A stretch of 64,000 nt of DNA from an uncultured bacterium (GTDB lineage Bacteria > Fidelibacterota > Marinisomatia > Marinisomatales > UBA1611): assembly GCA_964561495.1 (NCBI GenBank), contig CAZLPW010000001.1:10773-74772 (forward strand). The letters are read 5' to 3'. A model generated the notes under the pieces. It was not told the origin of the DNA. It saw nothing but the letters and a program-made list of their open reading frames with translations, and ran no database searches. A program made the translations under genes and the position numbers. Below are positions 10,740 through 19,568 of the stretch, in pieces (the first letter of the stretch is position 1; each line of letters opens with the position of its first letter).

Positions 10740-10906
10740 AAATATTATACATATCCCCTGAAAACACAGTAGGGACACTAACTCTTTGGAAAAAAATTCA
10801 TGAAAAAAATGGGCATTATTGTAGGACTGTTACTTTTTTCAAATCGCCAAAAAAATATGAAGATGATATTTGTTTAAATCTTCCATTTAACTTTACAATA
10901 CCATGG

Positions 10907-11824
10907 ATGTCAGATCTTAGAAATACAGTGTTTAAATTCTATAGGGGAAAGCGGGGTTATAAAAAAGAAAAAAATGGGTATCCACCTAAATGGTCTCCAG
11001 AAGGTGTAATTGATAAGGGATTTTTAAATTTTAAAGATAAATTGTGGCAACCAAAGGTTCTAAGTGCAATAAAAAAATATTCATTTTATGACTTTGATGT
11101 TTTTCATTTTGAAAGTGGCACTGATTTTTTAAAAAATGAGTTTTTTGTTAAAAAGTTGAAATCATTAGGAAAAAAAATAATATGCCACTATCATGGTGAA
11201 GATTTAAGAACAAGAGGCGTGATGCCGTTTATTGATAGAAACAGTGATTTAAATATTACAAATGAATTAGATCTATTGTATAAACATCCAAATATTAAGT
11301 ATTTGTTTTTACCGTTCGAGACAAAAGTTTTTTCACCAAAGCCTAAATTAAATAAAATAATTAGAATAGCACATGCACCCACAGATAGGCTATATAAAGG
11401 ATCTGATGAAATTATTAAAATTTGTAAAAAACTTGAGAATGAAAAATTATTAAAATTTGATTTAATTGAAGGTGAAACTTCTGAAGAAGCTATCAAGAGA
11501 AAGCAACGGTGTGATTTGTTTATAGATCAAATCGGTGATTATGGTGGCTGGGGGTATGGAATGAATTCTGTAGAATCACTTTCTATGGGGATATGCACAC
11601 TTACTGAAATTAATAGTGAATACCAAAATTTTTTACCAGATCATCCCTTTGTTAATGTAAATAAAGAATCTTTAGAAACTGATTTGCGAAAATTGATAAA
11701 AAATAAAGATATAATAATTGATTTTGGGATTAAGGCAAAAAAATGGGTTTATAAAAATCACGACATTTCCAAAGTATCTAAAAAATTATATGATTATTAT
11801 AGTTCCATAGGGATTAATAATTGA
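10907..11824 (+). CDS. hypothetical glycosyltransferase-like protein; the true N-terminus is probably about 57 codons further upstream
   Basis: 305-aa ORF from the first ATG. The same frame is open back to 10727 and encodes (I)KILYISPENTVGTLTLWKK, a typical GT-B N-terminus, but contains no ATG, GTG or TTG (see findings). Confidence 0.6.
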   Translation: MSDLRNTVFKFYRGKRGYKKEKNGYPPKWSPEGVIDKGFLNFKDKLWQPKVLSAIKKYSFYDFDVFHFESGTDFLKNEFFVKKLKSLGKKIICHYHGEDLRTRGVMPFIDRNSDLNITNELDLLYKHPNIKYLFLPFETKVFSPKPKLNKIIRIAHAPTDRLYKGSDEIIKICKKLENEKLLKFDLIEGETSEEAIKRKQRCDLFIDQIGDYGGWGYGMNSVESLSMGICTLTEINSEYQNFLPDHPFVNVNKESLETDLRKLIKNKDIIIDFGIKAKKWVYKNHDISKVSKKLYDYYSSIGINN

Positions 11825-12900
11825 ATCAAGAAATTTTTAATCCAAAATTTATTTATTTATCAAAAATATTAAGTAAAATTTTAAATCCAGTATATTTTTT
11901 ATTTAATGTAATTAAATCTAAAAATATTTTTCATTTAAATAATAAAATAAAAACTATTCTTATCACTGAATATTATTGTATTGGTGACATTTTAATTATT
12001 CTTCCTGCAATTGAATCCTTACGAAGATATTTTATTAATGCAAAAATAATTTTAATTTGTTCAGTTGAAGCAGAACCTCTGGCTAAAACAATAAAAGCTT
12101 TGGATTCGGTTATCCCCTTTAATGTGCCGTGGAAAAAAACCCCTTTAAGCTTAAATAAGATTTGGAAGTCTCGAAAATTTGCCTATTCACTGCGTAATAA
12201 GAATATTGACTTGGCCATTGACTTTCGAGGAGATGTCAGAAATAATTGGTTTCTTTATCAGATAAAAAGCAAATATTCTATTGGTTATAGCTTTACAGGA
12301 GGAGACTATTTTCTTGATAAGGCGATTGAATTCCCTTACAGTCTTCACCAAAGAGACAGAGCTCTCCATCTGGTTTCTAGCATTGGAGTTAAACCACATA
12401 TCAAAAGGGAAACAATAAAAATAAATCAAGACGGGTATTTAGTTTTACACCCTGGGGCGAGTGATTCTTCGCGCACATGGTCAGTGGAATTATGGCTTGA
12501 ATTGGTAAAAGCCTTGTTTCAGAAATATAAAATAGCTATTGTGGAAGTGCCTGAAACTATTGAACTAATTAATTCTTTAGGCGAGATTAATAAATCTATA
12601 AAAATATATAAAGGGACTTTAAACAAATTTAGTACATGGTTGAAAAATCAAAGGCTATTAGTAGGCCCAGATTCAATGGCTGGCCATCTTGCGGCCCATT
12701 TAAATATTCCAGTCATATCTATCTTTGGTTCCCAGAATCCAGAATTAACAAAGCCCCATGGATCAATTGTTCGAGTTTTGAAGCCAGCTGAAAAATGTAG
12801 ACATTCAAGAAATCATTGGAGATTATGTAAGCTATGTATTGATACAATAAAACCCAAAGATGTTTTTAGCGCTATAAATGAAATTTTGAAAATAAAATAA
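11821..12900 (+). CDS. glycosyltransferase family 9 (heptosyltransferase-like)
   Basis: 359 aa with a TTG start overlapping the upstream stop. GT9 signature GPDSMAGHLAAHLNIPVISIFG and LHPGAS.. motif. Confidence 0.75.
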   Translation: MNQEIFNPKFIYLSKILSKILNPVYFLFNVIKSKNIFHLNNKIKTILITEYYCIGDILIILPAIESLRRYFINAKIILICSVEAEPLAKTIKALDSVIPFNVPWKKTPLSLNKIWKSRKFAYSLRNKNIDLAIDFRGDVRNNWFLYQIKSKYSIGYSFTGGDYFLDKAIEFPYSLHQRDRALHLVSSIGVKPHIKRETIKINQDGYLVLHPGASDSSRTWSVELWLELVKALFQKYKIAIVEVPETIELINSLGEINKSIKIYKGTLNKFSTWLKNQRLLVGPDSMAGHLAAHLNIPVISIFGSQNPELTKPHGSIVRVLKPAEKCRHSRNHWRLCKLCIDTIKPKDVFSAINEILKIK

Positions 12901-12999
12901 TAATCTTATTGTTGTTGGATATTTATTAGTAAATTATAACTAATGGAAAGAGATTGACTCTGAATTCAACCACAGACAAAGAACAATCTATTAAAAGTA

Positions 13000-13024
13000 A
13001 CGGGGGCGCGGTGTCCCTGTTTTC
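13000..13024 (+). promoter_or_regulatory. GC-rich leader hairpin followed by a U-run in the 5' region of the small-protein operon
   Basis: AACGGGG (13000-13006) pairs with CCCTGTT (13016-13022), including one G-U pair, around a 9-nt loop. It is followed by TTTT and lies 30 nt upstream of the 13054 ATG. Its function (attenuator, stabiliser or chance) is unknown. Confidence 0.3.
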
Positions 13025-13053
13025 GTTAGAAACCAAACCAAGGAGGTATTCGC

Positions 13054-13263
13054 ATGGCTGATGTAAACTCAACCGTTGCAAATGCAGCATCTGGAATCGT
13101 TGGCGTCATAAAGGCTTTGATAGTGCTTTTTGTATTCGTCAATATTATTTATTCTACTGGGTTTGACCCAATCGGAGGTATTGTTGAGCTAGTAAACACC
13201 TTTTTAGATGGAGGTTTTGCTGGGCTTTTGGCTCTGTTGGTATTTCTCTCGTTTTTGGGATAA
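13054..13263 (+). CDS. small two-TM membrane protein, paralog A (uncharacterised family)
   Basis: 69 aa. A perfect SD (AAGGAGG) lies 7 nt upstream. Two hydrophobic helices and a C-terminal DGGFAGLLALLVF motif shared with the next ORF. GC is elevated (hand count 42% at 13081-13140) with C-ending codons. Confidence 0.7.
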   Translation: MADVNSTVANAASGIVGVIKALIVLFVFVNIIYSTGFDPIGGIVELVNTFLDGGFAGLLALLVFLSFLG

Positions 13264-13331
13264 TTAACATAGGAAGTAATTTGGGCTAATTTATAAAGTC
13301 CAAATTTCTCCTATACCAACAGGAGTAAACT

Positions 13332-13547
13332 ATGCTAAACGGTATAAAAACACTCAACGAGTGGCTCGGTACTATAACAGAACTACTAAAATCATTAGTT
13401 GTTGTGGGAATTGTCGTTGGGATCCTGTTTGATGATTTCTTCGGTGTTATAGCTGGACTAGGTCGTATTATGTCTCAGTTCGGTGATGCAGGGTTCGCAG
13501 GGATTCTAGCACTGATGATTCTTGTAATGTGGTATAGTAAAAAGTAG
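13332..13547 (+). CDS. small two-TM membrane protein, paralog B (uncharacterised family)
   Basis: 71 aa with SD AGGAG 6 nt upstream. It aligns with paralog A over about 55 residues (K.L.V....V..I....F..I.G.......F.D.GFAG.LAL) and is followed by a strong terminator. Confidence 0.7.
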   Translation: MLNGIKTLNEWLGTITELLKSLVVVGIVVGILFDDFFGVIAGLGRIMSQFGDAGFAGILALMILVMWYSKK

Positions 13548-13565
13548 AGTCCTATTGTTTTGCCT

Positions 13566-13610
13566 AACAACGCCCTAGATAGTCCTAGGGCGTTGTTATT
13601 TATATTTTTT
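13566..13610 (+). terminator. Rho-independent terminator of the small-protein operon
   Basis: Perfect 13-bp stem AACAACGCCCTAG (13566-13578) / CTAGGGCGTTGTT (13585-13597), 6-nt loop, then ATTTATATTTTTT. Confidence 0.85.
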
Positions 13611-13691
13611 AACTATTTAGTTGATATATTATTTTGATTTATATCACTAGATAAAAATATTAAAACCCTATTATTAAATTTAATTCTTTAA

Positions 13692-15188
13692 ATGAATAGA
13701 TTTATTAAAGATATATTTATTCGTGGATTAATTATTTACCTCCTTTTTTTAAGCAATATATTTGCTTCTATACAGGTTTTTAATCGCAGTGCTGGTACTC
13801 AATCAGAAATACAAAGTCTACTTGGAAAAACTAAATTATATATTTCAACAAAAGATTTAGCAAGAGCTTTATCTTCTAGGCTTTATGAGAATAAAGATAG
13901 AAAAAAGCTTGTGTTATATATTAAAAATAAAAGAATTAAAATTTCTGGGAATACAAGTTTTATTTTGGTTGAAGATATCCCTTATCATATGCCAGATAAG
14001 GTGGTTATTGAAAGCGACGATTTGTATTTACCAGCATCGGATTTTTTTAATATTCTAAAAGCTACTGTTTTACCAGGTTTAAACTTTGATAAAACCAAGG
14101 AATTTTTAGATATTGATATTGTAAGATTTAACATAATAGGGATGACTGTTCAGAAAAAATCTAATGGTACAATAATACGCCTGCAAACAAGAAAACCATT
14201 TTCTGAAAGAAATATTAGTTCATTTATAAATAAGCATGGTTGGTATTATATAACTGTTTCTGGGGCATTAGTCGATACCGTTTCTTTAAGAGATTCAGAA
14301 ATAACAGGAGTAATTAGGAAAGTTGAATCTGATCAAATTGGAGAGACGGCACAAATTGCATTTAAGCTTGGTTCAAAAGTAATTAGTCATGATTGGTATC
14401 AAAATCTTGATCCAAATGAAATTGTAATTACACTTCGTACACCATTAAGTAAAAATACTGTTCGAATTGAAGATGTTAAGGAAAGGTGGAAACTTGACAC
14501 TGTTATTTTAGATCCAGGGCACGGTGGAAAAGATGGTGGAACTATGAGTCGATATGGTACAAAGGAGAAAGATATAGTTTTAGATATTTCAAAAAGAATA
14601 GGGCGTCTTATTGAAACGAATACAAATATTAAAGTCCACTATACTAGAGAAGAGGATGTGTTTATTCCACTTGAGGACAGAACAAAATTTGCAAATGATA
14701 ATAATGGTAAAATATTTCTTAGTATACATGCCAATGCGCATAATAATAGGACAATACAGGGTTTTGAGACGTACCTTTTAAGTCCTGGAAAAAGTGAAGA
14801 TGCTGTGGCTCTTGCTGCACGGGAAAACTCTGTTATACAATTTGAAGAAAAAAAAGATAGCTATAGTAATCTTTCTGGTGAAGGTTTAATCATGGCAACG
14901 ATGGCGCAAAGTATGTTTATGAAAGAGAGTGAAGATTTAGCATCTATGATACAAATGGAAATGGGGAAAAGGTTAAGTACAAAAAATAGAGGAGTTAAAC
15001 AAGCTGGGTTTTATGTATTAATTGGAGCATCTATGCCTTGTGTTCTTATTGAAGTAGGCTTTTTGTCTAATCCAAAAGAAGAAAAAGCTTTAAAGAAAGC
15101 AACTCATCGCCAGAGAATTGCCCAATCAATTTATGAAGCCATAATAAGATTTAAAAAAACACGGGAAAAATTATTAGCGGAAGAATAA
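13692..15188 (+). CDS. N-acetylmuramoyl-L-alanine amidase (AmiC-like, with N-terminal targeting domains)
   Basis: 498 aa with a signal peptide and a C-terminal Amidase_3 domain (VILDPGHGGKDGG..., SIHANAH, GFLSNPKEE). Confidence 0.85.
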   Translation: MNRFIKDIFIRGLIIYLLFLSNIFASIQVFNRSAGTQSEIQSLLGKTKLYISTKDLARALSSRLYENKDRKKLVLYIKNKRIKISGNTSFILVEDIPYHMPDKVVIESDDLYLPASDFFNILKATVLPGLNFDKTKEFLDIDIVRFNIIGMTVQKKSNGTIIRLQTRKPFSERNISSFINKHGWYYITVSGALVDTVSLRDSEITGVIRKVESDQIGETAQIAFKLGSKVISHDWYQNLDPNEIVITLRTPLSKNTVRIEDVKERWKLDTVILDPGHGGKDGGTMSRYGTKEKDIVLDISKRIGRLIETNTNIKVHYTREEDVFIPLEDRTKFANDNNGKIFLSIHANAHNNRTIQGFETYLLSPGKSEDAVALAARENSVIQFEEKKDSYSNLSGEGLIMATMAQSMFMKESEDLASMIQMEMGKRLSTKNRGVKQAGFYVLIGASMPCVLIEVGFLSNPKEEKALKKATHRQRIAQSIYEAIIRFKKTREKLLAEE

Positions 15189-15191
15189 AAA

Positions 15192-15992
15192 ATGGATAAT
15201 CGTCCGATAGGTGTCTTTGATTCAGGAATAGGAGGTTTAACGGTAGTTGATGCATTAATCAAAACATTACCTAATGAAACAATAATATATTTGGGAGATA
15301 CTGCTAGATTACCTTATGGTAATAAAAGTTCAAAAAGTATAAAACTATTTACAAAAAGAATAACTCAATGGTTAATTGAAAATGATTGTAAGATAATTAT
15401 TGTTGCTTGTAATACAGCTTCAGCGCTTGCTTTAAAATTTCTTCGTTCTCAGTTTGATATTCCAATTATAGGGGTGATTAAGCCTGGCGCAATACTAGCG
15501 AATGAAAGGACTCAAACTAATAGAATAGGAGTACTAGGAACCTTAGCAACTATATCTTCTAAATCATATGAAAAGACATTATTAGATATTAATCATAATA
15601 TATCTGTTTTTAGTAAAGCTTGTCCTTTGTTTGTGCCTTTAGCAGAAGAGGGTTGGATTAAAGGTGAAATACCTAAATCTATTGCCCGAGTTTATTTAAA
15701 AGAAATTAAAGAATCTAAAATAGATACGCTTATACTTGGTTGTACACATTATCCGATAATGAGATCCGTAATATCTGAAGTTTTGGGAAAAGGGATTATT
15801 CTTATAGATTCTGGCGAAGCGTCTGCTAAATCAGTAAAAAAAATTCTGATGGAAAAAAACATTAATGCAGGTGATGATAATTATGGAATAATAAAATGTT
15901 ATGTAACTGATTCAATAGAATCGTTTAATTCTATGGTGAGTACATTTTTAAAACTGCCAATTAATAGCATAAATCACATTGAGTTATTCTAG
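15192..15992 (+). CDS. murI: glutamate racemase
   Basis: 266 aa with GVFDSGIGGLTV, the two catalytic Cys motifs VACNTAS and LGCTHYP. Confidence 0.93.
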   Translation: MDNRPIGVFDSGIGGLTVVDALIKTLPNETIIYLGDTARLPYGNKSSKSIKLFTKRITQWLIENDCKIIIVACNTASALALKFLRSQFDIPIIGVIKPGAILANERTQTNRIGVLGTLATISSKSYEKTLLDINHNISVFSKACPLFVPLAEEGWIKGEIPKSIARVYLKEIKESKIDTLILGCTHYPIMRSVISEVLGKGIILIDSGEASAKSVKKILMEKNINAGDDNYGIIKCYVTDSIESFNSMVSTFLKLPINSINHIELF

Positions 15993-17238
15993 TACTTTAA
16001 CAGATTTATTTAATTTGCAAAGGAGAGGAATCAAACTTGGCTTGGAACATACAATTAAACTTTTTGATGAGATTAATAACCCTCAAAATAATTTTATTTC
16101 TATTCATGTTGCTGGTACGAATGGTAAAGGAACTACTTCAGCCTTAATACAAAAAATTTTGATATCATCTGGTAGAAAAGTTGGTCTATATACATCTCCA
16201 CATTTAATTCGGTTTAATGAAAGAATTCGTGTTAATGGTAAAATGATATCAGACGATGATATAATAGAGTTTTTTAATAGAATACAGAGTTCAATTGAAT
16301 TAATCAAGTCCACCTTCTTTGAAGTAACTACTGCAATGGCATTTGACTACTTTAAAAAACAAAAAGTTGATGTTGCTGTAATTGAAACGGGACTTGGTGG
16401 CAGGTTGGATTCTACAAATATAATAACTCCAAAATTATCTGTTATAACTCCAGTATCACTTGATCATCAAAATATTCTCGGAGAAAAAATTACAGATATC
16501 GCCTATGAGAAGGCTGGAATAATTAAAAAACTTGTTCCAGTTATAGTTAGCAAACAAATCAAGGAAGTTGATAAAATAATTATAAAAAAAGCTAAACAAC
16601 AAAAATCAAAAATACACAGGGTTAATTATAACCTTTTAACAAAAGTAAAACTAAATGCAATAGGGACATCTTTTTATTATGATCAGAAGAAATATTCTAT
16701 TCCCCTTATTGGAAAACATCAAGTAGAAAACGCGATACTAGCCTTAGAAGCTGTTAGAGTTTTTGATAGAACAATAAGGTTAAACTATTGTAGACAAGGA
16801 ATGGAGACCATTGTTTGGCCAGGGAGAATGCAAAACTTGAAAAAAAATATTTATTTTGATGTTTCCCATAATCTTAGCGGAATACAGGTTACAATTGATA
16901 CTCTTAAAAAAGTATTTCCAAACAAGAAATTGGTAGCCTTAATGAGTCTAAAAAAAGGCAAGAACATAAATAAAATAAGTATTTTAGTTACAAATTATTT
17001 TAAAAAGATCTATGTTTTTAATAATTCAAGTGAATTACTTATGTCTGGAAAGGAATTATATAAAGCTTTGTCTGGGAAGACGAATAATTCTATAGAGTTA
17101 GATTCAATAAAAAATTGTATAAACAAATTAAAAAGTGATGTAAAAAATGGTTACATTGCGCTTATCTTCGGCAGCCACTATATTGCGGAAGAGATTTACA
17201 AAGCATTAGAAATATCATTTGATGCTGAAATAATTTAG
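15979..17238 (+). CDS. folC: bifunctional folylpolyglutamate synthase / dihydrofolate synthase
   Basis: 419 aa with a TTG start overlapping the murI end. Mur-ligase P-loop HVAGTNGKGTT, YTSPHLIRFNERI and ETGLGGRLDSTN. Confidence 0.88.
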   Translation: MSYSSTLTDLFNLQRRGIKLGLEHTIKLFDEINNPQNNFISIHVAGTNGKGTTSALIQKILISSGRKVGLYTSPHLIRFNERIRVNGKMISDDDIIEFFNRIQSSIELIKSTFFEVTTAMAFDYFKKQKVDVAVIETGLGGRLDSTNIITPKLSVITPVSLDHQNILGEKITDIAYEKAGIIKKLVPVIVSKQIKEVDKIIIKKAKQQKSKIHRVNYNLLTKVKLNAIGTSFYYDQKKYSIPLIGKHQVENAILALEAVRVFDRTIRLNYCRQGMETIVWPGRMQNLKKNIYFDVSHNLSGIQVTIDTLKKVFPNKKLVALMSLKKGKNINKISILVTNYFKKIYVFNNSSELLMSGKELYKALSGKTNNSIELDSIKNCINKLKSDVKNGYIALIFGSHYIAEEIYKALEISFDAEII

Positions 17239-17309
17239 TGTAAGTTTTGTTCTCTGAAGTCACAGAGTTGCATTTTTTATATTCCAAATGTTTTATATGA
17301 AAGTTTTTT

Positions 17310-18560
17310 ATGGATTTAAATGAATTACAATCTTTAGGTATTCGAGAATTAACCGAATATGCTGATAAATTAAAAATTGAAGGGGGTATTTCTGGATTAA
17401 ACAAGCAAGAACTAACTGTTAAAATTATGGAAGCCCAAGCTATTAAGGAGGGAAGCGTTGTTGCAAAAGGAGTTCTAGAAGTAATGCAGGATGGGTATGG
17501 TTTTTTAAGATCACCAGATTTTAATTATCTTCCTGGCCCTGATGATATTTATGTAAGCCCATCACAGATTAAACGGTTCCAACTTAAAACAGGTCACCTA
17601 ATATCTGGACAAATAAGACCTCCTAAATCTAAGGAACGTTTCTATGCGCTTTTGCGGGTTGAACAAATCAATAATAAACCACCAGAAGAAATTAAAAATT
17701 GCATTTTATTTGAAAACTTTACCCCACTATATCCAGAAGACAAATTTAATTTGGAGACGGATGAAAAAAACTTTTCAATGCGAATAATGGATTTGATTTC
17801 TCCGATTGGTATGGGGCAAAGAGGTTTGCTTGTCGCGCAGCCAAAGACAGGAAAAACTATTTTGTTGCAAAAACTTGCAAATGCAATAAGTACTAACCAT
17901 CCCAAAACAAAGCGTATAATTTTATTGATTGATGAAAGACCTGAAGAAGTAACTGATATGAAAAGGAATGTTGATGCTGAGGTAATTAGCTCTACATTTG
18001 ATGAGCCTCCAGAAAGGCATGTGTCTGTCGCTGATATGGTTTTACAAAAAGCCAAAAGATTGGTAGAGTATGGTCACGATGTTGTTATTTTGTTAGATAG
18101 TATCACAAGATTAGGGCGTGCCCACAATGCTGTAATCCCGCATAGTGGGAAAATATTATCAGGAGGTGTTGATTTTAATGCATTGAAAAAACCCAAACAA
18201 TTTCTTGGTGCCGCTAGAAATACAGAAGAAGGCGGGAGTTTAACTATAGTAGCAACAGCCTTAATTGATACTGGAAGTCGAGCAGATGAAGTCATTTTTG
18301 AAGAGTTCAAGGGTACGGGTAATATGGAGCTCGTACTAGATAGAAGATTAAGTGATAAGCGTTTATATCCCTCTTTTGATATTGTTAGGTCAGGAACTAG
18401 AAAAGAAGAACTTTTATTATCTAGAAAAGAGCTAGGTAGAATGTGGATTTTAAGAAAATTATTAAATGATATGAAAGTTGAAGAAGCTATGGAGTTTATG
18501 TTAAGTCGAATAAAAAGGACAAAAAACAACAATGAGTTTCTTGATACTATGAGTCAGTAG
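17310..18560 (+). CDS. rho: transcription termination factor Rho
   Basis: 416 aa with an N-terminal RNA-binding domain ([15 protein letters not shown]), Walker A PKTGKT and the conserved C-terminus ([25 protein letters not shown]). Confidence 0.97.
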   Translation: MDLNELQSLGIRELTEYADKLKIEGGISGLNKQELTVKIMEAQAIKEGSVVAKGVLEVMQDGYGFLRSPDFNYLPGPDDIYVSPSQIKRFQLKTGHLISGQIRPPKSKERFYALLRVEQINNKPPEEIKNCILFENFTPLYPEDKFNLETDEKNFSMRIMDLISPIGMGQRGLLVAQPKTGKTILLQKLANAISTNHPKTKRIILLIDERPEEVTDMKRNVDAEVISSTFDEPPERHVSVADMVLQKAKRLVEYGHDVVILLDSITRLGRAHNAVIPHSGKILSGGVDFNALKKPKQFLGAARNTEEGGSLTIVATALIDTGSRADEVIFEEFKGTGNMELVLDRRLSDKRLYPSFDIVRSGTRKEELLLSRKELGRMWILRKLLNDMKVEEAMEFMLSRIKRTKNNNEFLDTMSQ

Positions 18561-18581
18561 TTTTTTAGTTAACTTTTTTAT

Positions 18582-19568
18582 ATGAATGATTCATTATCTA
18601 ATATAGAATCAGTTGTTGTTAGAATTGTAACCGACAAACCTGTTCGAAAAACACCTTATCAAGTAAAAGGTGTATTTATGAAACAGTACCCAGATGAACC
18701 TATTATATCAATGATCAATGGTAAAAATAGGGAAAAATACTTGTATCCTCGTGTTCAGGTAAAAATTCTAAATGAACAAATATTTGTTATAGGATTAAAT
18801 GAAGGTGTAGATCCAGTTCTTTCGTTGAAAGAAAAAATCCAAACACTGGATTTCGGGAATATTTCTTTTAATGTAACAGAGACTGATAGTGATCTGTTGA
18901 AAAACCAATTCCAAATGACGGATAAATTAATACATTACCGTTTTATTACTCCTTGGGTGGCGTTAAATCAATCGACGGGTAATAGGTTCAAGAAAATAAA
19001 AAACCAAGAAAAAATCAAGTTTTTAAATATGTTGTTAGCCCAAAATTTAATTTTCATTGCCAAAGAATTTGGTTCTGTGCTAGAACCAAAAGTATATACA
19101 AAAGTAATTGTACCAAGTTTATTTCCTAAAACAGTTGATGAAAAAAGGTGGGGATCTTTTACTGGTGAATTTAAAACCAATTTTTTTCTTCCTAGTTATA
19201 TAGGAATTGGGAATGGTTTAACAAGAGGGTATGGAACAATTTTTGGAATGTTAAATCCTGATACTTTTAATTTTGATAAAGATAAACCTAAGTCTGAAAA
19301 TGAGAATTCAGGTATATATCTAATTTCTGAAGAAAAGAATGTTGAAATCATAGATGTATCTGAATTAGAAAAGCAAAAAAAATATCATTCTAATCCAAAA
19401 AGAAATAGAAAAAATAAAAGGAGAATACATAATTCAATTTCTCGGAAAAAATATAATAAACGAAAGCCCAATAACTCTTTAGGGAACAAATATGAAGATA
19501 ATGAAAATGAACAAGACGAATCTAAATTCAATTCTATCAAATATCATAAAAGGCAACACAAAATTTGA
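18582..19568 (+). CDS. Cas6-like (RAMP-fold, DUF2276/PF10040-type) protein with a long basic C-terminal tail; not CRISPR-linked here
   Basis: 328 aa. YPRVQVKILNEQIFVIGLNEG resembles the Cas6-like N-terminal pattern. An exact glycine-rich loop G-h-G-x5-G-h-G (GIGNGLTRGYG) lies near residue 210. The last ~70 aa are Lys/Arg/Asn-rich. Confidence 0.5.
   Translation: MNDSLSNIESVVVRIVTDKPVRKTPYQVKGVFMKQYPDEPIISMINGKNREKYLYPRVQVKILNEQIFVIGLNEGVDPVLSLKEKIQTLDFGNISFNVTETDSDLLKNQFQMTDKLIHYRFITPWVALNQSTGNRFKKIKNQEKIKFLNMLLAQNLIFIAKEFGSVLEPKVYTKVIVPSLFPKTVDEKRWGSFTGEFKTNFFLPSYIGIGNGLTRGYGTIFGMLNPDTFNFDKDKPKSENENSGIYLISEEKNVEIIDVSELEKQKKYHSNPKRNRKNKRRIHNSISRKKYNKRKPNNSLGNKYEDNENEQDESKFNSIKYHKRQHKI

Noticed and set aside
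17642-18532. Two long antisense ORFs (137 aa and 152 aa) inside rho
   Set aside because: They are shadow ORFs opposite a highly conserved gene. Their composition is low-complexity Ser/Leu/Phe-rich, as expected from reading an AT-rich gene backwards, and they have no start context.
18582-19568. Hidden CRISPR array near the Cas6-like gene
   Set aside because: I scanned the flanking intergenic regions, and all intergenic regions of the window, for regularly spaced 25-40-bp repeats and found none. The flanks are rho and an aminotransferase with spacers of 21 nt or less.
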